Assembly: GCA_947624295.1 (NCBI GenBank)
Contig: CANQJV010000004.1
Location: forward strand, 16,012 to 80,011
DNA length: 64,000 bases
Origin: an uncultured Ruminococcus sp.
Lineage (GTDB): Bacteria; Bacillota; Clostridia; Oscillospirales; Ruminococcaceae
Direction of reading: 5' to 3'
In this document: in pieces, positions 29,199 to 37,495 of the stretch
Layout of the letters: the number at the start of each line of letters is the position of its first letter
How positions within the stretch are numbered: position 1 is the first letter of the stretch
Notes under the pieces: generated by a model
What the model saw: only the letters and a program-made list of their open reading frames with translations
Told to the model about the DNA's origin: nothing
Databases searched by the model: none
Program-made: the position numbers and the translations under genes

Positions 29199-31478
29199 TT
29201 ACTTTTTGCGTATGAATTTCTGCTTTCTATGTTCCTTACGGGTTTCACGAAGTTTAACCCAAGCAGAAATATACTCCCTCATAACCGTTGCCTTGTCGTT
29301 TTCTGTAAGCTCTGCACCTCCATATTCTGCCCTGTCGAAAAGCGCTGCTGTACCTGAAATATCCGCACCTGACACCAGTTTAACAGTTTCCTCAGCCTCG
29401 TGAGAAGTATCGGAAACAGGTATCCTGTACAGACGGCAGATACGGTGCATAACACCTGCAACTGCTTCATTGGGACTTCGGCGATTGTTTATAATTTGGA
29501 AAAATTTATGTGAAAGAACAGGATAAGCCAACATAAACAGGAGCAGTACAACACATACTCCAAGTATCGCTATTCCTGCCTTTGACAACAAACTTGATGC
29601 TTGTCTTTCGTCATCGTTTTCCCGAACGCTGTCCGCTGTCATTGTAGGTTCAAATGATACCCAGCCAAAGCCTTTCATATAGAGTTCAGGGAATCCGTGC
29701 GAATCTCTCGCTGTTATGACGTACATATCATCACTTCGGCTGTTTTCATATTTCGTCTGCATATTGAAACCCTCGCAATAACGTGCAGGAATACCTGCGG
29801 CTCTCGCAAGAAGTGTCATTGCTGTTGCGTATTCGTAACATACACCTCTTTTCGTATCGAACAGGAAATCTTCAGCATTTTCACCGACTTCCTTACGGTA
29901 ATCCAAATCATATACATAGTCATTCTGTATGAAATACCATTCAAGAGCTTTTGCCTTATCGTAATCCGACTCAAGTCCTGCTGTAATTTCCTGCGCAAGA
30001 TTATATATTTTATCATTACCGCCGTAATCAAGCAGAACTCTCTCAAAAGAATTGTAGTTTATGTTGACATCAAGCACATCTTTATAATGCAGAAGTTCCT
30101 CATTATTCGCCTGATTTGTAATTTCATCGCTGATTATCCTGTACGCCTCATCAAGCATTGCCTGATAATCGGCATTCTTAGCGATTGTATCTATAAGTGC
30201 CTTATTTTCGGGATTCTCAAAAAATCCATCAGGCATATAGCTGTATGTGAAATTTTCGTTATATTTGAAAGACGATTCACTGCTGATACTCGTTACTGCT
30301 CCGGAGTGCGAAAGCAGCATATTATCAGTGTATGAGCTTTCAAGCAACTGCCTTGCACTCTGCGGGACAGGAGTTCTTGTGCCTGCCTGATACGAGGAAA
30401 ATACACTCATTTCACGGAGTTCAGGGTAAACGGGTTCATAGCCTGCGTATTCGGTCAGTCCGTATGTATCCGCAAAATCACTGTCAATTCCCGCAACGTA
30501 AAGCAATACGTCACATAATTCCGCATTCATCGGTATATCGAACGGCTGACCTTCTTTAACGTAGCAATTATCGTCATTTTCGTCATTTATCGTCCACGAA
30601 TCTGTTTTATAGTCATATGTCGAAAAAGTTGTCGTTTTTAACCTGAGATTTTCAGGTGACCTTGCGTAATAAATCGGTATATCGCTCATTTGCCCTCTGA
30701 ATTGCTGTCCTGATGCTGTATCACGGAAAACATTCAGCATTGCGTTCAGTCTGTCAGTGAATGCATCAGCATTGATAAGCGTTTCGAGAATTGTCCTGTC
30801 CGCCTCAACAGCAGGTTTCGGGATAATTGACGCTATTATAGCAAAAATCGCCGTGAAAATAATTCCCGATTTCCACGATTCAAATTTGTCAACGACAACA
30901 ACGTCTTTATTTTCGCTTAACTGCCTGAAGTACACCATAAATATGATGTACCCTACAGCAAGGGCAATTATATACCGTGTAGGCATTTCCTCATATTCTT
31001 TCGCATATATCGCAAACGGTATAATCATTATGAGGAATGTCATAAATACTCTGTACTGCACTCTCGTGAAAAAATATAGTACAGATGCCATAAATATAAA
31101 GAAAAATACGAACATTGCAAGTGTATACCACTTGTTGTACTGTAGCGAATCCTGCGGAGTGATAAACCACAACATAAATGATATAGGGTAATTTTCAGTA
31201 CCCTTGTTGACAATCCGCCCGAATACGTTCAGGAATAAAAACGCTACTACTATATAAGCTGTTCCGCCTATAATCTTATGTTTTTTCATATAATCAAACA
31301 GTCTGAATATAATCCAGCCCATAACATACGCCATTATACCGTAAGTCAGCGTAAGTTCCTCACGGTAATGGAACATTATGGACGACATAATTATAGCGGT
31401 GTACACAAGTACAGGGTCGGCGAGTGTCCGTATAAGAAAATCTTTTAATCCGCTTTTATTTTTAACAGTTTCAGTCAT
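29199..31478 (-). CDS. multi-TM transglutaminase-like (TgpA-type) protein
   Basis: ~7 N-terminal TMs; GVCYEYATAMTLLARAAGIPARYCEGF, SHGFPE, GWVSFEPT; start moved to ATG 31478. Confidence 0.88.
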   Translation of the reverse strand: MTETVKNKSGLKDFLIRTLADPVLVYTAIIMSSIMFHYREELTLTYGIMAYVMGWIIFRLFDYMKKHKIIGGTAYIVVAFLFLNVFGRIVNKGTENYPISFMLWFITPQDSLQYNKWYTLAMFVFFFIFMASVLYFFTRVQYRVFMTFLIMIIPFAIYAKEYEEMPTRYIIALAVGYIIFMVYFRQLSENKDVVVVDKFESWKSGIIFTAIFAIIASIIPKPAVEADRTILETLINADAFTDRLNAMLNVFRDTASGQQFRGQMSDIPIYYARSPENLRLKTTTFSTYDYKTDSWTINDENDDNCYVKEGQPFDIPMNAELCDVLLYVAGIDSDFADTYGLTEYAGYEPVYPELREMSVFSSYQAGTRTPVPQSARQLLESSYTDNMLLSHSGAVTSISSESSFKYNENFTYSYMPDGFFENPENKALIDTIAKNADYQAMLDEAYRIISDEITNQANNEELLHYKDVLDVNINYNSFERVLLDYGGNDKIYNLAQEITAGLESDYDKAKALEWYFIQNDYVYDLDYRKEVGENAEDFLFDTKRGVCYEYATAMTLLARAAGIPARYCEGFNMQTKYENSRSDDMYVITARDSHGFPELYMKGFGWVSFEPTMTADSVRENDDERQASSLLSKAGIAILGVCVVLLLFMLAYPVLSHKFFQIINNRRSPNEAVAGVMHRICRLYRIPVSDTSHEAEETVKLVSGADISGTAALFDRAEYGGAELTENDKATVMREYISAWVKLRETRKEHRKQKFIRKK

Positions 31479-31482
31479 ATTT

Positions 31483-32646
31483 TTATACCTGCTTGAAATT
31501 ATTATCGCCGTCAAGATACCACATCGGTAAATCGGTAAGATTACGGCTTTCTGCGGAAATCCCGATAAGACTTGCATTGTCCTTGTCCTCAAGCGTCGAA
31601 ACAACAGCAGATATTTCCTCATTGCAGTCAGTCGAGGCGATTACGCACGCACAAGCTGATGTATTTGCTATATTTATGCGCCTGCCGGGGATTATTTTTG
31701 TCGCAAGAACTTTCAGCAAAAGCTGAGGAGGATAGTCAGGGTTGTCAACACTCTCCGAAAGCAATTCTCCGCTTGCGCCATAATACACGAAAGTACACGC
31801 TATCCCCTGATTTATGAGGAGTGCCACAAGACCGAATACTGATGAAATCAGCTTTTCCTCGTCAGCAATCACTTCTGACGGCTTAGAATCAGCATTTCTG
31901 TACAAATCAAGGGCAATTACGGGCTGAACAGATGCAACAGCCTCGTCAAGTCTCACCATAAGTTTATCTTTTTTAGTTGATAATTTCCAGTTTATGCGTT
32001 TCAGAGCATCGCCCTGAACATATTCACGGTGTTCATAGCCGGGAGCTGTATTCGCTGAAAAAAGCAATGCAGAACTGTTGTTTTCCTCGTCGTCGCTTGT
32101 GAGTACGGAATCGGCTATACTGCGGAAAAGTTTCGATGATGACTGTATCTGCGGTATTTCGGGGATTACTCCCACGCTTTTAGGTAACGGCAAATCGTTT
32201 TTGATTTTGAATTTAACAAAGCCGAGAAATCCGCATGAATAAACTGAACTCACCGATATTTCACCGTTTCCGCCTGTATTGGCATTCACCTGATATGTGA
32301 AAGTCTTTTTATCGGTTCCTGCAAGCGATAATTTGTATATGCTTTTTTCCTGACCGAACACCTCACTTGCATATGTGTTAATTTGCACAATTCCAAGCGG
32401 AAATCTGCCGTCTTTTTCTACAGTCACCTTGACAGTAAGTTTACTGTTTTTTTTGACATATCCGTCACAATCAAATTCAACTCTTATTCTTTTACGGGAA
32501 TAAAGTGCGAAAATCAGGGAAACTACAGGTGCAAACAGCACAAACGCCGTAAGAATTACACCAATTTCGCCGTCCATATAAAAAGTAAATATATATAACA
32601 AAAATACTACTGCAAGCGGTGATATAAGTTTTAATATTTTCTTCAT
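31483..32646 (-). CDS. DUF58 (VWA-like) protein
   Basis: REYVQGDALKRINWKLS..K..LMVR motif; between moxR and the transglutaminase gene. Confidence 0.88.
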   Translation of the reverse strand: MKKILKLISPLAVVFLLYIFTFYMDGEIGVILTAFVLFAPVVSLIFALYSRKRIRVEFDCDGYVKKNSKLTVKVTVEKDGRFPLGIVQINTYASEVFGQEKSIYKLSLAGTDKKTFTYQVNANTGGNGEISVSSVYSCGFLGFVKFKIKNDLPLPKSVGVIPEIPQIQSSSKLFRSIADSVLTSDDEENNSSALLFSANTAPGYEHREYVQGDALKRINWKLSTKKDKLMVRLDEAVASVQPVIALDLYRNADSKPSEVIADEEKLISSVFGLVALLINQGIACTFVYYGASGELLSESVDNPDYPPQLLLKVLATKIIPGRRINIANTSACACVIASTDCNEEISAVVSTLEDKDNASLIGISAESRNLTDLPMWYLDGDNNFKQV

Positions 32647-32663
32647 ATTGTTATCCCATTTTA

Positions 32664-33599
32664 CTATTTCATTGACGGTACGGGAACAGTATCAAGTATA
32701 TGTTTCACATACTCCTCAACTGTACCAAATTCGCTTTTGCCCTGCGGTGAAAGTATTATTCTATGGGCGAGGACTGATACCCCGCAATTCTTAACGTCAT
32801 CGGGCGTAACATAGTCCCTCTCATATATGTAGGCGAACGCTTTCGATGCCTTGTAAAGTGCTATGCTTCCTCTCGGACTTATTCCTAAAGTAGCATTTCT
32901 GTCGTTGCGTGTGGAAGTGACAATATCTATCACATACTGCTTGACTTGTTCTGTAACACGTACATTCCGCACTTCCGCCTGCATTTCAAGTATCTCATCA
33001 ATCGTTATTGCCGGTTTATCGATGTTGTTGATAGGATTCTGCATTTCAGTTCTTTCGAGTATTTTCAATTCCTCCGCCGGTGCAGGATAACCCATTGACA
33101 ATTTCATAAAAAATCTGTCCATTTGTGCTTCCGGGAGGTGAAATGTTCCGTATGTTTCAACAGGATTCTGAGTTGCCATTACAAGGAACGGTTTTGGTAA
33201 TTTATGAGTTTCGCCGTCCATTGAAATCTGCCGTTCTTCCATTGCCTCAAGAAGTGCGGACTGTACTTTCGGGGAGGCACGGTTGATTTCGTCAGCAAGC
33301 AGGAAATTACACATTACTGCGCCGTCACGGTAAATAAATTCGCCTGATTTTGTGTCAAGCATTGTAAAGCCGGCAATATCAGACGGCATAACGTCCGGAG
33401 TAAGCTGTATACGATTGAATTTCCCGCCGACTGAACGTGACAATGCTGTTATGAGCTGAGTTTTACCGACACCGGGAACATCTTCCAGAAGAATATGACC
33501 CTCGCATAACATTGCGGAAAGCAGTTTTATAATTGTATCATCTTTGCCGACGATTACTTTTTTAATTGAATCAGCAATAAGATTTACTTTACTATTCAT
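32664..33599 (-). CDS. MoxR-family AAA+ ATPase
   Basis: GHILLEDVPGVGKT, RIQLTPDVMPSD, LLADEINRA, ATQNPVE, PEAQMDRF, SPRG. Confidence 0.96.
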   Translation of the reverse strand: MNSKVNLIADSIKKVIVGKDDTIIKLLSAMLCEGHILLEDVPGVGKTQLITALSRSVGGKFNRIQLTPDVMPSDIAGFTMLDTKSGEFIYRDGAVMCNFLLADEINRASPKVQSALLEAMEERQISMDGETHKLPKPFLVMATQNPVETYGTFHLPEAQMDRFFMKLSMGYPAPAEELKILERTEMQNPINNIDKPAITIDEILEMQAEVRNVRVTEQVKQYVIDIVTSTRNDRNATLGISPRGSIALYKASKAFAYIYERDYVTPDDVKNCGVSVLAHRIILSPQGKSEFGTVEEYVKHILDTVPVPSMK

Positions 33600-33761
33600 A
33601 TTTCACCTCGAAAGACTTGAGATTTTTTTATTGTACAAAATTATCCACTGCTTATATTATAACATATAAATTTTAATATTACAAGAGTTTTTACAAAATA
33701 ATTACAAAATAAATTTATTTATTATTTACAATTTTTATAAAATAAATTTGTTCAATAAACA

Positions 33762-33792
33762 AAAAAGCGGTACCGCAATCAGCACCGCTTTT
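33762..33792 (-). terminator. intrinsic terminator after tsf
   Basis: aaagcggt...accgcttt inverted repeat with T tract on the minus strand. Confidence 0.7.
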
Positions 33793-33804
33793 GGTAAATA
33801 TATA

Positions 33805-34722
33805 TTACTTAATCATCTTTGCAACTTCATCTGCAAGATTATCTTCCTTTTTCTCTACACCTTCGCCACGTTCGTAACGAATAACGTCAACAACTTTTAT
33901 TGAACCGCCGAGTTTCTTAGCTTCTGCATCAACATAGCCCTGTACTGTCATCTTGTCATCTTTAACAAAAGCCTGTTCAAGCAAACAATTTTCGCTGTAG
34001 TATTTGCCGACTTTACCCTCTGCAATCTTAGCTTTTACAGCATCAGGCTTGCTTGCCATTTTGGGGTCTTCAGCCATTTGTGCGATGATGATTGACTTTT
34101 CGTGTTCGAGTACATCAGCAGGAACGTCTTCACGTCTGATATAAGTTGCATTAAGTGCAGCGGACTGCATTGCAACGTCTTTTCCCACTTCAGCGACTTT
34201 CTCAGCAGGCAGGTCAGTGTCGAGTTTAACCATAACGCCGATACTTCCGCCATTGTGGATATATGATGCAAGTACGCCTTCCATTCTTACGAAACGGCGG
34301 ATAACGATATTTTCTCTTATCTTCATTCCTGCGAGTTCAGTGAGTACTTCGCCGACTGTTGTTGTACCTCCGCTTATTGTTTCAGCCTTGAGAGCCTCAA
34401 CATCAGCAGGATTCTTTTCTATAATTGTATTTGCAACTGCACTTACAAAGTTCTTTATATCGTCTGTATTTGCGGCAAAATCAGTTTCAGTGTTTACTTC
34501 GAGGAGTACGCCTGTATTACCGTTTACAACTGCTGTAACGATACCTTCAGCAGCAGCACGTCCGCTTTTCTTTGCCTGAGTTGCAAGACCTTTCTCTCTA
34601 AGAAATTCGATTGCCTTGTCCATATCGCCGTCATTAGCCTCAAGTGCCTTTTTGCAGTCCATCATACCGACACCTGTTGACTTCATAAGCTCTTTAATTT
34701 CAGCAACGGAAACTTTTCCCAT
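33805..34722 (-). CDS. tsf: elongation factor Ts
   Basis: GMMDCKKAL, AAEG, EVNTETDFAA; downstream of rpsB. Confidence 0.97.
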   Translation of the reverse strand: MGKVSVAEIKELMKSTGVGMMDCKKALEANDGDMDKAIEFLREKGLATQAKKSGRAAAEGIVTAVVNGNTGVLLEVNTETDFAANTDDIKNFVSAVANTIIEKNPADVEALKAETISGGTTTVGEVLTELAGMKIRENIVIRRFVRMEGVLASYIHNGGSIGVMVKLDTDLPAEKVAEVGKDVAMQSAALNATYIRREDVPADVLEHEKSIIIAQMAEDPKMASKPDAVKAKIAEGKVGKYYSENCLLEQAFVKDDKMTVQGYVDAEAKKLGGSIKVVDVIRYERGEGVEKKEDNLADEVAKMIK

Positions 34723-34800
34723 TGTAATTACCTCCTAAAATTAGTATTATCCGCAAAAACCCGAATGCAAAAAGTATTCGGGCTTTTGATTGTTTTTTGA

Positions 34801-35547
34801 TTATTCAGCCTGAGTTTCTTCAGCAGTTTCCTCTTCGGGAACAGCCTCTTCAACTACAGCGTCATCGCCCTGTCTGCCCTCGATAACGGCATTTGCGATT
34901 GTACCTGCAATAAGTTTTACTGCACGGATAGCGTCGTCATTGCCGGGGATTACGTAATCAACGTCATCAGGGTCGCAGTTTGTATCGACGATTGCGACAA
35001 TCGGAATACCGAGCTTTTTAGCCTCTGCAACTGCTATTTTTTCCTTGCGTGGGTCAACAATAAAGAGTGCTGCCGGGAGTTTCTTCATTGTCTTGATACC
35101 GCCGAGGAATTTTTCAAGTTTCTCAATTTCAAGGTTCAGCTTAACAACTTCTTTTTTCGGGAGAAGGTCAAAAGTACCGTCTGATTCCATTGTATGGAGC
35201 TGTTCAAGTCTTTTGATTCTTGTCTGGATTGTCTTGAAGTTTGTAAGCATACCGCCAAGCCATCTTGCGTTTACATAATGTGCGCCTGCTCTTGTTGCCT
35301 CTTCCTTAACAGAATCACCAGCCTGTTTTTTAGTACCTACGAAAAGGACTTCTCCGCCGTTAGCTGTAATGTCACGCACGAACATATAAGCCTCTTCGAG
35401 TTTTTTTACAGTTTTCTGAAGGTCGATGATGTAGATACCGTTTCTTTCAGTGAAGATATACGGTGCCATTTTTGGGTTCCAGCGTCTTGTCTGATGTCCG
35501 AAGTGAACACCTGCTTCAAGAAGCTGTTTCATTGAAACTACTGCCAT
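34801..35547 (-). CDS. rpsB: 30S ribosomal protein S2
   Basis: [31 protein letters not shown]. Confidence 0.99.
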   Translation of the reverse strand: MAVVSMKQLLEAGVHFGHQTRRWNPKMAPYIFTERNGIYIIDLQKTVKKLEEAYMFVRDITANGGEVLFVGTKKQAGDSVKEEATRAGAHYVNARWLGGMLTNFKTIQTRIKRLEQLHTMESDGTFDLLPKKEVVKLNLEIEKLEKFLGGIKTMKKLPAALFIVDPRKEKIAVAEAKKLGIPIVAIVDTNCDPDDVDYVIPGNDDAIRAVKLIAGTIANAVIEGRQGDDAVVEEAVPEEETAEETQAE

Positions 35548-35569
35548 TATTGCAGTCCTCCTTAAATTT

Positions 35570-35655
35570 GGTTTTTTAATCCTCCACGGTATTTATATTA
35601 CGGGCAACACTGATTAAATCAATGCACCGGTCCGTAAAAATATCCGTGTGCGAAT
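35570..35655 (-). ncRNA. rpsB (S2/t44-like) leader RNA
   Basis: cacacgg...ccguggagg closing stem with inner uacgg/ccgua and gcauugau/aucagugu stems; promoter TTGAAA-17 bp-TATAAT at 35693-35665. Confidence 0.7.
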
Positions 35656-35697
35656 TGCTTTAATATTATACCATATTTTGCTGTTTTTTTCAATATG

Positions 35698-35994
35698 CTA
35701 TTCAAATAATTTTTTGGGATTTTTGCCTCTCGAATTTGTGCATATTGTCAAATTTGTACCGTCAACAAGAATAATGTCACTGCCGATGACTTTTATTGAA
35801 CTGCACGGTATTTCCGTATCGCTTTCACGCCCGAAAAGCCCGAAAAATCTGTAACCGCCGTAAATCAGCAGTGACAGGACTGCCGAATTATCCGTATTTA
35901 TGCGTATATCATCGATATAGCCCAGTCTTTCGCCTGTTTTCACGTCAATTACTTCTTTGGATTTCAACTCGTCAAGACTGCATATCATAGCCAT
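35698..35994 (-). CDS. YlmC/YmxH-family sporulation PRC-barrel protein
   Basis: LKSKEVIDVKTGERLGYIDD...IP...I.VIGSDIILVD. Confidence 0.9.
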   Translation of the reverse strand: MAMICSLDELKSKEVIDVKTGERLGYIDDIRINTDNSAVLSLLIYGGYRFFGLFGRESDTEIPCSSIKVIGSDIILVDGTNLTICTNSRGKNPKKLFE

Positions 35995-36050
35995 TCACCT
36001 CTGTTATTTATATATAAAAGGTTATGGTTTTACGCCTGACCATTATTCAA

Positions 36051-36188
36051 TTATTTTTTCTTTTTAGCAAGTACACTCAGTACAATTGCAATAATAACTG
36101 CCGCTGCAACTACAAGCAGAAGCGGTATAAGCGGGAAATCATCGCCTGTTGCAGGTGCCTGCGCAAGAAGTGCAAGAATACTCATCAT
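36051..36188 (-). CDS. 45-aa mini-protein consisting of a sortase-type sorting signal
   Basis: Manual translation MMSILALLAQAPATGDDFPLIPLLLVVAAAVIIAIVLSVLAKKKK; AGGAGG RBS 8 nt upstream; below the ORF-track cutoff. Confidence 0.75.
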   Translation of the reverse strand: MMSILALLAQAPATGDDFPLIPLLLVVAAAVIIAIVLSVLAKKKK

Positions 36189-36364
36189 AATTTTGTCCTC
36201 CTGAATTTTTAGTCTGTTTATTTGTTTATAAATACTATTTTACCACATTTCATATGATTTGTCAAAAAAATAAAGCCGTTTTTATTTTATGCACTATTTA
36301 CATATATTAAAGTCACATATTTTTGTATAAATTTAACAATCTTTTGATAAATGCTGAAACTCTA

Positions 36365-36393
36365 TTGAAATTTACAGAAAAATGGTGTATAAT
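36365..36393 (+). promoter_or_regulatory. sigmaA-type promoter
   Basis: TTGAAA-17 bp-TATAAT. Confidence 0.55.
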
Positions 36394-36472
36394 TTTGTAT
36401 ATAGCCTGTTTTATATAAAATTATAATTAAGTGGTTTTTATAAATATATTTGATTAGTTAGGAGTTGTTACT

Positions 36473-37390
36473 ATGCGACTTGTTACACGTTCGGATTTTG
36501 ACGGACTTGCTTGTGCTGCATTACTTAAAGATGTCGGTGTCATTGACCACTGGAAATTCGCTCACCCTAAGGATTTACAGGACGGTCTTATTGAAATCAA
36601 CGAAAATGATTGCCTTGCAAATGTTCCATTTGTTGAGGGCTGTGGTCTCTGGTTCGACCACCATTCAAGCGAATTTGAAAGGAATCAGCTTGAGGGTAAA
36701 TATAAGGGCGAAAGCCGTATCACTCCCTCTTGCGCAAGAATTATCTACGAATACTACGGCGGTGAGGAACGTTTTGCACATTACGACGATATGATGACTG
36801 CTGTTGATAAAGTTGACAGCGGTAATCTCACCCGTGAGGAAATTCTTAACCCTGAAGGCTGGATTCTTATCGGTTTCCTTATGGACCCACGTACAGGTCT
36901 CGGCAGATGGCGTAATTTCACTATTTCCAACTACCAGCTTATGGAAAAACTTATCGACTGTTGCCGTACAATGAACACTGACGAAATTCTTGCTTTACCC
37001 GATGTCAAGGAAAGAATTGAAGTTTATTTCGAACAGACCGAAAAATTCAAGGAAATGGTCAAGGCTCATACCCGTATCGAAAAAGATGTCATAATTACCG
37101 ATTTACGTGGAGTTGACCCCATTTATTCAGGAAATCGTTTTCTCATATACAGCCTTTACCCTGAACAGAATATTTCTGCGTGGATTGTAAACGGTAAGGG
37201 CGGTAAAGGTTGCAGTGCAGCTGTTGGTTACTCTATTCTGAACCGCACTTCCAACGTAAACGTCGGCAGTCTTATGCTGAAATACGGCGGAGGAGGTCAT
37301 AAAGCTGTCGGTACTTGCCAGTTTTCGGACGAAAATATGGATACTGAACTCCCGAAAATGCTTGATGAACTCGTGAATTATTCAGGCTGA
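36473..37390 (+). CDS. DHH/DHHA1 phosphoesterase (exopolyphosphatase-like/nanoRNase)
   Basis: RSDFDG, FDHH, GGGGHKAVG. Confidence 0.88.
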   Translation: MRLVTRSDFDGLACAALLKDVGVIDHWKFAHPKDLQDGLIEINENDCLANVPFVEGCGLWFDHHSSEFERNQLEGKYKGESRITPSCARIIYEYYGGEERFAHYDDMMTAVDKVDSGNLTREEILNPEGWILIGFLMDPRTGLGRWRNFTISNYQLMEKLIDCCRTMNTDEILALPDVKERIEVYFEQTEKFKEMVKAHTRIEKDVIITDLRGVDPIYSGNRFLIYSLYPEQNISAWIVNGKGGKGCSAAVGYSILNRTSNVNVGSLMLKYGGGGHKAVGTCQFSDENMDTELPKMLDELVNYSG

Positions 37391-37404
37391 TACATCCGAT
37401 ATAT

Positions 37405-37474
37405 ATGCCATAGCTTAATGCTATGGCATTTTTATTACTAAAAAATCCCTGCACTTTTAAGGTACAGGGATTTT
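37405..37474. terminator. paired terminators between convergent DHH gene and ppdK
   Basis: atgccatagc-ttaat-gctatggcattttt and aaaatccctg...cagggatttt. Confidence 0.7.
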
Positions 37475-37495
37475 ATCGTCTTTAACAGCAATAAA

